A DNA stretch of 64,000 nt, taken from Hydrolagus colliei. Its lineage: Eukaryota. The notes below the pieces were generated by a model. It was given only the letters and a program-made list of their open reading frames with translations, made no database searches and was not told the DNA's origin. How positions within the stretch are numbered: position 1 is the stretch's first letter; every line of letters begins with the position of its first letter. The position numbers were made by a program, and so were the translations under genes. Below, piece by piece: positions 1-14,100 of this stretch. The stretch covers positions 16,988,001 through 17,052,000 of the forward strand of contig CM068743.1 in assembly GCA_035084275.1 (NCBI GenBank), written 5' to 3'.

Positions 1-1239
1 CATAGATTTGTTCTGAATTTACCGCCTTCAATCGCAGACTGTGACCTCTGAATTTACTATTCTGGACTAGTTGAAACAGCCTTTCGTAATTTACAATAAG
101 AACATTTGCTCTGAATGTAAACAGCTTTGAGAGAGGATTGATTACTCCCTGGATTCAAATACTACCTGGAGCTACAGCTCGATCATTTAGGGTTGAAATA
201 GCTATTTCACTGAGTTTCACCTTGTTCGATCTTTTATAGGCAATTGCTCTCTCACTCTGGAGATTAACAAAGCACATAGATTAACAACGGTCATGGGAAT
301 TGTCGATGGTGCTTTGCAGAAGGCAAGTCACTGTTCTGAAAGCCATTTCTAATTTGTGAATGAACCTGCCATCATTCACCATGACATTTTTGAATAAAGT
401 GGGTGGGGGAGATTTGAAATCAAAACTGCTGGGATGAGCTGGCTCTCGCTGTTGGACTGTTTCCCAGCTTGAAAACTCTAAACAAGAGGTCAGAAAGCAG
501 GAATTTGGGAATCATTAATGTTTTCTTGGTTTGGTGTTTTTTAAATAATAAAATCCTTGTGCTTAACAGAACGCATTTTACTCTGGAATCTGAAGGATGA
601 GAAAGGATTTTCACAAGATTCACAGGATATACTGAAACTATGTGATTTTTGGCGTTAAATAAAAAACTATTTTTTCCAGTTTGTAAATATCACATTTTCA
701 ACCCTGAGATCTATTGGAATGACCGGGCTTGTTGAAACAGCAGAGTTTTTTTTCAACAAATATTTTAAACTTTTTGATGAAGAACAGACTAGCATTTTAA
801 TAGTGTCCTTTCCTATTGAAATCTAATAACTGTAAAGTGTAGTGTAAACTACACTACAAGCAGTGGGACTTTGGACACCTGAATGCCTAAGGTGGATGTT
901 GAAGATCCTACGGCACTATTTGAAAAGAGGAGGGAATATCTTGTGTGCAAATTGGTTGCCATGTTGCCCCATAAAAATACTACACTTTGCAGCAAAACAA
1001 TGTGGTGTGATATTAATAACAAGGATTATGTTTTTTTGAAACAAAGGAAGGTGGTTGCAATGATGGAGAAAGACCATGGAGGGATTTAAACCTGACAACG
1101 AGGATTTTGAACTGAATCCAATGGGGGATGAGATTTAAAGAAACTGAATTTTTTAAAGATTGTTTCAATATATAAATATAACTTTTAGTAAACAAAATAG
1201 TATAATAGTAAACATAAATGTATGATTCATGAATTTGTT

Positions 1240-1445
1240 ATGGGAAGAACTTAACTATCTTCCTATATAGGGTCCCCAATCTCTTGTCTACTTTTCTTAT
1301 AAACATATCCATTGATTCCACCTCTACAGCTTTCTGGGGCAGGTCATTCCACATTTTCACAAACCTTTGTAAGAAGAGACGCTTCTTGACCTCAGTTCTA
1401 ACCGCCCTGGTTCTCATATTAAGGCTATGTCTCTTGCAATGTTCC
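1240..1445 (-). mobile_element. CR1 LINE ORF2 C-terminal fragment
   Basis: KKRLFLQRFVKMWNDLPQKAVEVESMDMF..VDK resembles the CR1 C-terminal FTxRVVxxWNxLP motif. Confidence 0.8.
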
Positions 1446-4179
1446 ACCCAAAATTTCAGACTAAGCAAAAGACAGAGTGCAGACGCCAAGTAGTCCCGAG
1501 GTTACTCATTGCTGCCAAAACACACTACTGTTTTGGGAGGAATGTTTTTTTCTAGCTTATCTCATACAACAACAATAATGCATGAAGCACATCTGTGTGT
1601 CCTTCAATTCTTTTCATTTTACAATGTACATAATGGGTCTTGACAGATAAAACAAAACTTGGTTTATCAGGAATCATAGACCAATACAGATGGAAAGCCA
1701 TTACAGCACATTCAATATCGAGCAGAATGAAATGGGAAACTACAGTCAGCCCAGACATGTGTGGAACATTATTGTAGTATGAGTATTGCATTTGTATTAA
1801 TCTTGCACCCAGTAGGATTCATCCGCGCCAGATTCACTCCAGTACAAACTGCACAGTATAATAATTGTTCAGTACTGGACAAAGGTCAACTTTAGCTTTA
1901 ATCCAATCTCCTTTTATTGCTATCAATGTAATAACAATAATCAATCAATCAAAACTGACATTTATATAGCGCCTTTCACATCAAGAGGACATCCCAAGGC
2001 ACTGTACAGTTAGGTAGGGACAAGAGCAGTGGGGGGAGGGTTTGGGGCAGGATGAAGAAGAGTAGGAAAATTGACTGTATATTTGTAGGCGAAATGCGGC
2101 AGCCAAATTGCGCACAGCAGTAATCTTCGCATTTCATTTAGCATCTTACACAGAAAATGTCTCAAACCACTTTAGAGTTGACTGTAAAATGATTGGGTGT
2201 ATTTGTAGGTGAACGTGGCAGGCAATTTGCGCACAGCATTGTCCTACAAACATCCCTAAAGTGGATGATCATTTTTAATTCTTTTTAATATTTGCTATCT
2301 GTTGTAAACTCAGGAAGAGGTGGAAGCCACTGATTTTATCCAACCAATCCTCACATTAGATACAATGTCTTTCATGTCAGGAAGACATCTCATAAGCGCT
2401 TCACAGAATATACTGTACAATGTAGTGGCAGTGGATTTGGAAGTAAATATTGTGAGTGCATTAAATCAAGGCAGATTGTTTCATCCTTCCTTTCTCTATA
2501 ACATGTAATACCCTTACCTTCCAAGCATCTATCTATCTTCCTCTTAAACATCTCACCAATTTGATGGAATTAATAATGGCCTCTGTGGCAGTGCATTCAC
2601 ATCCCTTTGCGGAAAGAAATGTATTTACAGCTTGCAGCAACAAAAGTTTTTTTACCCATTAGCTTGAGCTCAGGTATGAAAGGTGAAGTTGTATTGCAGG
2701 AGCTGACCCTTCTTTAGTCACAATTTCAATGCCAAGAATAGCCCCTATTGCCAATTTACTGATAAAGGTTAAAGCCAGTAACATATCACTTCTTGTAATA
2801 TCTTATGTTTTATTCTAGAATTACTAATTAAGTACCATAGCTACAAATATTTAATTCTAGTTTAATACAGGCTTGATATATTTCTTACCCAAATATTTCT
2901 TAATTGCTTGTTAAAATTGAGCTGTATCTGAGATGTCCAGCAGAATGTTCCTTTCCTGACACCTTGTGGTAAGGATAAAGAACTGAGCTCATTTATATCC
3001 GTCCCATTTGCTCTGCTAAGAGATCTTATTAAAAAGGCATTGCGCAAATAAATTAGAAAAATTCCCCTATGATTTGCTGCATTCAGATGAAACATCTAAA
3101 CACAAGTGTAAAGACAGAATTCTCCAGCTGCTTGTAAAAGTCAAATTAAAGTTGAAAATGGAACCACTGCAAGATTAGAAGAGTTGCTTACTTTACAATT
3201 TAATTTACATTTATATGGTGCCTTGCATGTTGGGAGAACATCGCCAATCACTTATACATGAAAGGGGATATTCAATATGACAGTAACTTCCAAAATTCTG
3301 CTGAACATAATGGTGGGGTGGGGAGGCGTGGGGGGGATATGGGTTCCACCTGTTTGCAACAAAACAAATCAAAGCCAGGTGCTTAAAACATAAATTTAAA
3401 TGTGTCGGCTGGAGAATATACAAGAGGATAAAAGCTCTGCCATCAAACTGGTAGCTAATTTTTTTCAAGCCATAATAATACTGATAATCCTTGCATGTCA
3501 TGCTGTACTTTATTACATCATCAATGCGTTTGCAGGCTGTGCATTTGCAGAAGGATGAGGTAGAATGATTATTTCAAGGTAACAAAGAAATGATGAAATG
3601 TTAAACCGGGAATAATCTGTATGTTCAGTTTCATCTGTATGTATGGACGTTAAAAAAAGGCACAGTTTTAATTTTATCCCTCACCGTAAAATCACTTCCA
3701 GGCTGCTTTTGGGAACTTGTGTATAAATTGGCTGCCACATTTGCATACAAACACACATTCATGACACTTCACAGTAATGGCTTTGAAGCATTTTAACAAT
3801 ATAAAACACTTTATCAAATGTAAGCACTAGTATGATTATGATGATGATAATAAAAGAGATCAGTTTTTTGGCAATATCTTAACATGTTTGTAAAATACTG
3901 TACTAGAAACAACAACAACAACTTGTAGCACCCTTCACATGGAGTGGCACCTCAGTGCACTTAAACCTTTTTGTTAGCAATTCAAATGGTTAAGAAAATA
4001 GGAAATGGCAATGTGCTATGGTATCTATAGAGGTGTCAAGCCAAACAACTGTAAGGAATTGTTTTGTTTACAATAAAAAAGTGTGAACAGAAAGTGTCCA
4101 ATTGGAAAAATGTTTGCAAGACACTTAGGTGTTGAAAATGTCTTGTTTCAAATGAAGAAATGCTGAATAATAATAGTAA

Positions 4180-4545
4180 TCCTTGCAATTCCTAACGCAC
4201 CTATAACATCTCAAATCCTTCACAAGTTAGTGATTTTATTAAGAATTTCCCACCAAAACCATGAATGAATGACCAATTTATCTGGAGAATTGTTGTCCAA
4301 GACATTGGGAGAAACTCTGTTCTCTTTTTCAAAAATGGGATCTTTAACGTCCAGCAGAACGGGCAGACTGATTTAACTGGTTTAACATCTCATATGAAGA
4401 ATGGCACCTGGGACACTGTAGTTTTCCCCAGCACTAGAGTATCTGGAGCCTAGGGGATAAATTGTTCTCAAATACCCACTTGGAGTTTGAACCCACATTC
4501 TTTTGACCCAGAGGTGAAGTGTGCAGCCAACTGCGCAAAGTTGAC
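4180..4545 (-). mobile_element. Old SINE (SacSINE1-like), degraded
   Basis: tRNA-like head on the minus strand (plus strand tttgaacccac..tgacccagagg); body similar to copies at 14100, 26365 and 57760. Confidence 0.6.
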
Positions 4546-5884
4546 CCTCAAAAGGAAAGAGATTGTTAAGTTTCCAAAAGAAAGTGAAATAAAACTCGTT
4601 CTTTCAGAAGACCCGTGAGTTCTGACATCTTTAAGCCACTCCAACACGTTACTCCACATGAAGGGTACTACCTAAACGCAAGTTGTTATAGTATGGAAGA
4701 CCTGGTTAAGTTAACATGAGGGGTGAACTTTAGATATACAGCATCAAAGTCAGTACAATTGACTTGTAATATAATTAACTGTAATCATACATTAGTACTG
4801 TATTTTACAATGAGAACAACTTGCATTTGTATAGCACTCTTCACAGTGGAGTATTTCACAGTGAGGGTTCAAACACTGAGCAAAAGAGAAGGGAGAGGTG
4901 GAGGGAGGAAGTGGAGAGGTGAACCTAGGCAAAGTCGAAGACCTATTCAGTACTAGATATGTAAAAGTTTATTGTGTACCTGGGTCACAGCCCATATGTG
5001 TGATCAGAATCCAAATACATCATAGCAGTCCAGAAAGGGGATGAAAAAGTCTCATGAGATAACCTGGCAGATTGTTGGTGGAGAAAGTTCACTGACTGTT
5101 ATGAACACTTGTATTATATTAATAAAGGAACAATAGAATGCTACTGGAGTGACATTTCAACGATTGGCAGACTTACCGACCCTGGTCTAATGGGAATTAA
5201 ATCCATTGAACAATTGGGAACTTTTAACACATTATTTAGAAGCTGAATATGCAGGCGATTTGTACCCACTGCATTTACGGGTTCCAGTCCTCCAGACATG
5301 AAAGGCGCTCTGTAAATGTTATTTTGTTGTTATTGTTGTTGTTGTTGTTGCTATGCAAAACGCCCAGGATGGTAAACGTAATGGACACATTTCCAAATCA
5401 TCCTCTTCAAATCTACATTTATACTGAACCTTCATATCAACTCACTGCAACTCACTTCATATCAACCCTTTCATAAAAAGGGTTGCTCACTAGCACAGCT
5501 CTGATAGTTTCTGACTTCTAACTCGTTGATATGACATCAATGTGCCATCACATGGTGTGCTTTGCTCTGTCAATTTCTACAATTCCTGGTTAACCTGGAA
5601 CCTTACGCCAGCAGGACTCAGAAGATTGAAAGTACATAAATTGTTCTAATGAGCTGCAATGAAAGTCTGTTGAAGATTTCCTTCAACAAAGGCACAAACC
5701 TCCCTTTGGTCTACAGAGCAACCAAAGTACTGAATGTATAAATACATATAGTGGAGGAAACTAGGGTAAACCACCTTAGGACTGAGGAAAAAGTGAACTT
5801 ATTTTTGCAGAGAGTAATATAGCTTTAGAATGTAGTCAAGAGAAAGCCATAGATGAGAAACTGATTAAAGGATTTGAAAAAGAG

Positions 5885-6230
5885 ATGTCCATGGCCTCAC
5901 CACCCCCCTACATTTGCGACCTCTTAACTCCTTACCAGACTGCAGGCCCCATTCATTCAGCAGGCTCCAGCCTGCTCCACATCCCTGCCCACTAAAGCCT
6001 TCAGCCACTCTGCCCCCAACTTCTGGAACTCCATCCTGGAGACTCTCCCTGGCTTCCTTCAAGTCCCTCAAGACCCTCCTTTTCAACGGTCCTATCGGTC
6101 ACTCCAAATCACTCCCTTTCCCTCCAATCTCCCTGTCCCAAGCTCGGGTCTGAAACAATGACTGTCCAAAGCCTTGGGACGTTCTCCTGATCTGAAAGGC
6201 ACTATACAAGTGTAATTTTGTTGTTGTTGG
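5885..6230 (+). mobile_element. L2 LINE 3' end
   Basis: SLASFKSLKTLLF-type C-terminus, ...gaaaggcactatacaagtgtaattt and (ttg)n tail. Confidence 0.85.
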
Positions 6231-7744
6231 GATGCATGGAACTCTCAATGTGGTATGGATACATATGTAACTGTATATAGAGTTTCAAAAAATTGACAAT
6301 TTTACAATTTGCAAACTCATTCACCATGTTTTCAATCGTATTACCACTCCTTGTTCACTTCTACAATTGTGTCAAATGCTGTGAGACATCCTCCTGATGT
6401 TATTATAAATTGCATTGTAAATTGTGCTAAAACTACCCCGCCTAGTGTTCACAAATACAAATGGTAAAATTGGTATTCAGATTACAAATGTAAAATAGAC
6501 AATTATTTTAAATACAATATGGTACAAAAGCGAGGAAGGTTAATCTGAATTGATAACATTTGCTTTCTATTTTAGATATTCATAAACTTTGTCACAGACT
6601 CTAAAGAATGACTGCAGAAAGAAATTCCTCTGTGGGTAAATGTTAACTGATCACAAGTCCAAATGCTGCAATTGCATAGAGTTTACCTTTGATGGAAAAT
6701 CACACTTAAGATGCCTGACAAATTTTCGACTCTAGTCAAAGTAAATCTTGCCCTTGTAAGGCAGTGTTGAATGAAATAGGTTTCATTTAGCGACCAGGAT
6801 TCATGAGTTAAAGAACTGTTAAAAGAAATCCATTGGTATAAAGCATTATACTGAGAAGTAGCTTCACCCCTATATTTACTGCTACGTATGGTATTTTAAA
6901 CCAGTCAAGTTTCAAACACCGTTTTCTAATTAACACATTAACAATAATGAAGGTGAGTTTATTCCATTTGCTGTGGTATTTGCTGGGAAAGGTGAAGTGA
7001 AATGGTGAACGAAGACAAGGTAGAAAAGAAAGATTTTAAGATGAGCTTTAAATGTCGGGAGGGAGAGCTTGAGGTGGAGAGGCTCCAGGATGGAGTTCCA
7101 GAAGTGCGAGCAGATTGCCTGAAAGTTCATTCACTCACGCAAAGGAATTTGTTGAATGGAGGGTGCCAGCTGGATGGTAGGGTTGCAGGAAGCAGCGGAT
7201 GAAATTAGTTAATGTAATATTACTTAGTATTTTTCAAAATTGCAGGCTCATTTTCATGTTTGATAGTTATTTGATATTCTGCATCTGAGAGTGTATCACC
7301 ATTTTTCACGGTCAACTTTTTATCCAAAATATTTCTGATCCGATCAATACTTTACATTTAGAACAGTGATAAGTGTTAAAACAACTCTAACAGTTCCTGC
7401 TGGACTTATTGTCACCGCTATGTAACCTTGGCAACAATGGTGATTGCATGCAGTAGTTACATTACATTACATTACAGAACATGCAATGTGTTTGTAAATC
7501 TTACACAACTGTGAAATTCATAGGTATTTCACTGCCACCTGCAGACAATCAAAACAAGATACAGCTCCAGTTCCTCACACTAGAGCTGAGCCTGGTTCTT
7601 GATAAATCAACCCAGAACAGTTAAATTAATATTTAAATACTTTACAATACTTCAAGTTCAACACTTAAATACTTTTTGATTGTGACTTCGGTCATCTTCC
7701 CCAACACTGCCCATTGTGTTGTTGTTGCTGTTATTCCAAGTTCC

Positions 7745-10100
7745 AAGTCCTCCAACATCTTTTTCCATCCCTGGAAAAAGCTTCCCTCTGAGTACCTCAG
7801 AAATAAATTTCGATCAACCTCCTCTCCCTCTGTTCATTCAATTCTGCTGCTGCCATCACGCTGTTGAATGACCATCTCTCCACAACCTTTAATTCTCTGG
7901 CACCCCTGAAATCCAGGGGCTGTTTCCAAATCCACCCAATATCCCAGTACAAAAGTCATCTTGGCTGACTTAAAACCAAACCCAGAAGCTCAAGCACAGA
8001 TGGCAGAAATCCAATTCACTAGCACATGTGGCTTGAGCACCTCCACACCTACCGCTAAATCATCTTGGAGGCCACAAACAGCAGGTCAGAGAGGCAGGAG
8101 GGGGCAAGGACATGGAGGGCCTTGAAAGTGAGGACACGGATCTTGAATTTGATCCCCTGAAGAATGGGGAGCCAGTGGAGTCGTGCAAAGGTGATGGGAT
8201 CACAGAGCCTGGTGAGGACACAAATTACAGCATTTTGTATGATCTGCAGCCGGGGGAGGAAAGAGCTGGGGAGGCTGACAAGGATGGAGTTGCCATAGTC
8301 AAGCCTAGAGGTGACAAATGTGTGTGTAAGGGTTTCAGCGGCCAGGGGGATGAGGCAGTGATGGAAATGGAAGATGTTGCGGAGGTGGTGGAAGGCGGTG
8401 CTGCTCATGGCACAGATATGGGGGAGAATGGACAGCTCAGGTCAAACAAGACACCCAGGTTCCTTCCTGGCTTGGTAAGGTGGTGTGCACCCATGGATGC
8501 TGATGTTGCCAGTGCCAAACGCCAAGTGCAATGTGGTCCTAGTCTTCTTAACCTCAAAGACTGAAAACATCCACTTGGCTGCATTGTCTTATGCCCACCC
8601 CATGTGCCCTTCCACCACACTCAGATTATCCACACCACCTTCTCCCTCCAATATCAACTCCAGGTCCGCTGATATCCTATCTGCTTTTCTAGGAGAATTC
8701 AGGACCTGGATGTGTGCAAACTTCCTGCAGCTGAACATGGACAAGACAGAAGCCATACTCCTTGGCTCTCATCAATGTCTTTACTCCTGTGGATCTGAAC
8801 TTCTCAACCTCTCTGGGCTGTCGCTAAGACTCACCAAACCAGTGCACAATCTAGGCATCCGGTTTGACCCCCAGCTCTCCTTCCTTCCCTACATCTGTTC
8901 CCTGAACAGGACCACATTCCTCCACCTCCGCCACATTGCCCGCCTCCAACTGTACCTTACCTCCAAACGCATGCGCCACCTGGATTATTCAAATAAGCAC
9001 CTCGCAAATCTCGCCAGCTTCACCATTCAAAAGATCCAGCTGACTCCCAAATATCCTTCCTCCCCCACATCCGGTCCTTCACCAGCACTGCCTTCTTCCA
9101 TGTCCGCATCGCCCATCCCCGCCAATATCTCACCCCAAAATCTGCCGAAAACCTGGTCCATGCTTTTATTATCTCTCGGCTGGACTATTCAAGCGTCCTC
9201 TTCACGGATCTCTCCTCCTCTACCATTCATAAAATCCAGATAATTCAGAACTCCGCCACCCACATTCTCACCCATACCAAACTCCGTTCCCCAATTACCT
9301 CAGTCCCTGCCAGAATGCACTGGCTCCCTATCCCAGCGATGATCAATTTCAAGATCCTCATGATTGTATTTATATCCCTCCACTCCTCTGCATCCCCCTA
9401 CTTCTCTGACCTCTCTCCTCACAACAGTACCCACTGCCTTCGCTCCACTGGGTCTGGCCACCAACTTGTCCCCCGAATCCTCCACTCCACCAACAGTGGC
9501 TGTGCCTTCAGCCACTAAGCCCCGAGGCTCTGGATCTCCCTTCCTCTCTCCCTTCACCTCGCCCCCTCCTTTCCTATTTTCAGGTCTTGGCTAAAGACCT
9601 TTCTTTTCTTACACACTTTCAGTCATCTTCTTCCCCCTCCCATTGGATTGACCCCAGGATCAGTTATTGGAAAGTGCTCTGAGATGCTGTTCAGTGTGGA
9701 GAGCACTATATAAATCCAAGTAGTTGTTGTTGAGTCAGAACTCTGCCATCCGCATAAGGACCTGGACCAAACTCTGTACCCACATCTCACCAATTCTGCC
9801 CAGTTTCCACTGGCTCCCCATCACCGAATGGATTGGCTTCAAGATCTTCACACTTGTGTTCAAATCCCTTCACTCTCTGGCACTACCACTCCAACCTCCT
9901 CACCCCAATCCACCAGTCAGTGCCTCTGCTTGACTGGCACGGGCTTCCTTGTCCCTCATGCCCTCCACTCTACCTTTGTAGGTTGCACATTCAGTCACTA
10001 TGCCCCCAAACTCTGAAACACTTTCACTCAATCCCTCTGTCTTGCCCAATCTTTTCCAAGTCCTGCCTGAGGGCATTATATAAGTGCAAGTTGTTGTCGT
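7745..10100. mobile_element. Cluster of L2 LINE fragments in both orientations (8055-8540 minus; 8590-9735 and 9735-10100 plus)
   Basis: ORFs with [29 protein letters not shown] and WMCANFLQLNMDKTEAIL; frameshifted; (ttg)n tails. Confidence 0.9.
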
Positions 10101-10119
10101 TGCAGTTGACAAGGTAGCA

Positions 10120-10360
10120 GAACAGAAGGCACAGGTTCAGGGTTGCAGAGAGTAATTTCAGGACAAATACTAAGAAGTGTTTTGTTAGGCAGAGATTAAT
10201 TAATCACTGGGATGGAGATCCAGGAAGGAACAATAAAGCCCAGAGTGTTGGACACATTCAAGAAACAGTTTGACACTGTTGTGGTTGAATGGAAGGGTGG
10301 AAGGAAGAGATCAAATGGATCAAAGGTCCTCCTTCATTCAAACCTCTCTTGTGATATCAC
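10120..10360 (+). mobile_element. CR1 LINE 3' fragment, degraded
   Basis: Similar to 52190-52480, ending gatggatcaaaggtcctccttc. Confidence 0.6.
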
Positions 10361-10739
10361 ACATGTGACTTGTTAGTTACTGGAGGTTAATTTCTCAATG
10401 TGTGCTATCAGCTTGAAAAGCCAGCTCTGACTTGTTTAACTGGATGACTACTTTACTGTAACAAAGTGTTGCCCTTGAATAGCCCCCTTTCTGCCCAGCT
10501 GCTTTTTAAAAACAATATCAGTGTTTCCCTGTTTTCTGGCTCATTGTTGTCCATTCTCTGCCCTCCTTGACCTCTCTGGGCCTATTCTTTCCACAGTCCT
10601 GCCATTCATTTTTCCAGCACACTTTCCCACTCTTCTGCCTGTCTTTGTTCATTCGTTGTCTCATATCCTGCTGTCAATCTTTCCCTGGTCTCCATTAGTG
10701 ACTTGCACTGCCACAGAACATTGCCTCGAGTATATCTCA

Positions 10740-11220
10740 AGTCCTGCAGCATATTGGTTAGAGCACTTACCTTGCAAGCATGGGAACCTGGGTTCAATTC
10801 CCCGGCAAGCTGAAATGTTGGGCAAGTTTCTTTACTCGACTCGCCTCTGTTTACCTAGCTGTAAATAGAAACTCAATTGTTAGTCGATTGGTGGATTGCT
10901 TTTCCACTTTAAATCACTTTAAAAATAAAAATAAATGAAATAACAAATAATTATAATTTGGTCACTCAATCCACAACGCTGATTTAAAAATCCAATCCAC
11001 ATTTGTGGGACACTGCTGTGCACAATTAGCGGCAACATTTCGCCCACAAAATAAACAGTCAATTCATTTTATAGTATATTTTTTGGAACGCTTTGAGACA
11101 TCTTAAAGACATGGTAAGACATCAACAACAACAACAACAACTTGGATTTATATAGCGCCCTCCACGCCGGACGGTGTCTCAAAGCGCTTCAGAGGCATTA
11201 TATCAAATGCAAGTTTTTTT
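10740..11220 (+). mobile_element. tRNA-derived Deu-domain SINE with a short inverted L2 tail inserted at about 11122-11195
   Basis: A/B-box head (tggttagagc..ggttcaattcc), core tgtgggacactgctgtgcacaatt, tail tatatcaaatgcaag. Confidence 0.85.
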
Positions 11221-11384
11221 TAATTTAACCATGTCCATTCAGGGCACCTGTACACACAATAGTATCAACATCCAAAACCTAAAATATAAATCATGTACTG
11301 TACATGATAATTGCTGCTTTATACAGTATATTTGGGCCTGCAGATGTTCAACTTCCTGAATGGCATTTCAAGTGGTTTTCAATA

Positions 11385-12555
11385 CAACAACAAAAAAAAA
11401 ATTAGATTTATAGAGCGCCTTTCATGTTCGGAGCACGTCCCAAGGAGCTGAACAGTCAGGTCAGGACCCGAGTAAGTGAGGTGGGGGGTGGGGGGGGGGG
11501 AGGAGGGGGAGGCGGTGGGGCAGCATAGGAGGGAGGGGAGGGATAGAATTAGGAGGGGAAGGAGTTGGGAGGGCAGCAGAAGGCATGATCAAAGAGGAGG
11601 GTCTTGCTACCGATCTTGAAGGAGGCAAGGGAGGAAGCGAGGTGAAGGGACTGTGAGATGGATCTCCAGAGTATGGGGGCAGAGGGGCTGAAAGCCCATC
11701 CACTGATGGTAGGACGGGTCAGGTGGGGTACATGGAGCAGACCGGAGCCCATTGAATGGAGGGGGAAAGCAGGTTCATCGGGAGACAGCAGGTCAGAGAG
11801 ATATGGGGTGCCAAAGCCATGAATGGGAAAGTGATGACAAGGATCTTGAATTCGATCCTCTGGGGGAATGGGGAGCCAATGGAGCCGGGCAAGGGTGGGA
11901 GTGATGTGGTCGCAGAGCTTGATGTGGGAGAGGATACGAGCTGCAAAGTTCTGGGTGACCTGCAACTTGTGGAGGGAAGAGTCAGGAAGGCGGACGAGGA
12001 GGGAATTTCCATAGTCGAGTCTTGATGTGACAAATGCGTGGACAAGGGTTTTGGCAGCCTGAGGAGTGGAGTCTGGTAGTGTTGCGAAGGTAGTGGAAAG
12101 CAGTACTGTTCATGGACTGATGTGGGGGAGGAAGGACAGTTCAGGATCAAACAAGACACTCAGGTTCCTGACTGACTTTGAAAGATGGAGAGTGCAACCT
12201 TGGATGCTGATGCTGCCAACGCCTAAGGTGCGGAGGAGCTGGCGTGAGCCAATCAGGAGGGCCTCAGATTTATGGACATTCAACTGGAGAAAGTTGTCCC
12301 TCGTCCAGAACTCGTTGTCAGAAAGGCAGTTAGGACGCCAGAACTCCTGAAGTTGAGGGTGGAAGCGGAAAGATAGAGTTGGGTGTCATCCGCATACATG
12401 TGGAAATTTACCCTATGTCTGCTGATAATGTCACTGAAGGGCAGCATGTAGAGGGTGAAGAAGAGGGGACCAAGGACAGAGTCCTGAGGAATGCCGCACG
12501 AGAAAGTGCGGGGGCTGGAGGAAAAGCTTTGTGTCCGCCAATGGCTTTTCCTCCA
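11385..12555 (-). mobile_element. 5'-truncated, frameshifted L2 LINE (RT C-half to 3' tail)
   Basis: YADDTQL RT motif near 12380-12400, QNFAARIL..LHWLPI; highly similar to 58151-59592. Confidence 0.93.
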
Positions 12556-13254
12556 GCCCCCGGGCAGGGTGTGGACATGGAGCAGGAGGGAGCAAACAGG
12601 TTGGTAAAAGTTTCAGTGAAGAATATATTCCAATTTCTGACACTGAAACTCCCACCTAATAATAGAACACCCTTCAGCAGAGCACATCTTAACAAATCTG
12701 CAATTTTTTTTTTTAATATTCGCACAGGAGATCATTGGTTTTGAACTCTTACCTTCTGGCTCTGCTTGAGATAAACCTAGCAACCTATTGCATGTTTATT
12801 GGGAAATTTTGAGTTGATTTATTAGTCTATTCAATCTCAGGCATATTGAGTTCAGATGGATAGTTTATCAATGTGTTATTTGGACAGCTGCTTGCCTGGT
12901 CATATATAAAGTGCTTGTAGAAGCTGACAAATACAAAGTTGAATTTGACATGTGATTCCCCTATTTCTCATTAATTTTATTTTACTGAGATAATGATGTT
13001 GGCGCTCTGCTGGTGTTCACGGTTGGAAAGTCAATAACAAGTTAGACTGCTTTTCCAAGCACATGAAATTTTCTTCACACAATACAATTTACATTTATAT
13101 TGCACCTTTCATGTCGGGAGGACATCTCAAAAGTGCTTAATTCATAAAATGAATTAACAGCTTTGTCCTATGATGCCTAAGGTATCAACTTTGCTTGAAG
13201 TTTAAATAATAAGAAGAATTCTTGTATTTGGTGTAGTCACACAGTCGATCATGC

Positions 13255-14100
13255 CATCCTCCTTCACAGTCCATCCTCCGTCATCCACCTCAGTGGGACC
13301 TCACTTGCCATATTCGTCAACGTCCTATGACTCTCACCTCCGCCACCTACCCGACCTGCCCTAAAACTCTCCAAACCCGTATGTAACTTAGGCGTCAGGT
13401 TCAACCTCCAATTATCCTTCCTCCCCCACCTCTGGTCTCTCACCAGCACCGCCTTCTTCCATCTCCAACACATTGCCCATCTCCGCCAATATTTCACCAC
13501 AAAAGCTTCTGAAGTCCTGGTCCGTGCCTTTGGCGCCTCTCAGCTGGACTATTCCAATGTCTTCCTCATCGGTCTCCACTCCACCACCATTCATAAAATC
13601 CACGTTATTCAAACTTCCGCCACCCACATTCTCACCCGAACCAAACTTAATTGCCCGATTACCCCAGTCCTTTCCAGACTTCACTGGCTCCCTGTCTCAG
13701 AACAGATAAATTTCAAGATGCTCACTCTTGTATTCAAATCCCTCCACTTCTCTGCACAAACCCTACCTCTCTGACCTCCTCTCTCCTCACAACAGTGCCT
13801 GTTGCCTTTGTTCTACTGGGTCTAGCCTCCTCCTTGTCCCCCGAATCCTCCATTCCACCATCGGTGGCCGTGCCTTCAGCCACTACGCCCCGAGGCTCTG
13901 GAACTCCCTTCCTCACTCCCTTCGCCTCGCCCCCTCCTTTCCTATTTTCAGGTTGCACCTAAAGACTTTTCTTTTCTACCTCACTTTTGGTCATCTTTTT
14001 CCCCCTCCCTGTGGCTCAACCCCGGGATCCATTTTGTGAAGCGCTCTGAGATGCCGTCTGGCATGGAGTGATACTATACAAATCCTGGTTGTTACTGTTG
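13255..14100 (+). mobile_element. 5'-truncated L2 LINE
   Basis: IGGRAFSHYAPRLWNSLP..FRLHLKTFLF; same subfamily as 9040-9735. Confidence 0.92.

Noticed and set aside
1-1200. Possible 3'UTR of a convergent neighbour (PLXDC2 flanks NEBL in mammals)
   Set aside because: No coding exon or recognisable sequence supports it within the window.
1838-1879. Small hairpin (tccagtac..gtactgga) as a pre-miRNA; also 838-858 and 7444-7487
   Set aside because: Stems are too short or bulged; compatible with chance.
8055-14100. Long ORFs (8485..9243 and others; also 58184..58990) as host genes
   Set aside because: They are frameshifted L2 ORF2 pieces or their alternative and antisense frames.
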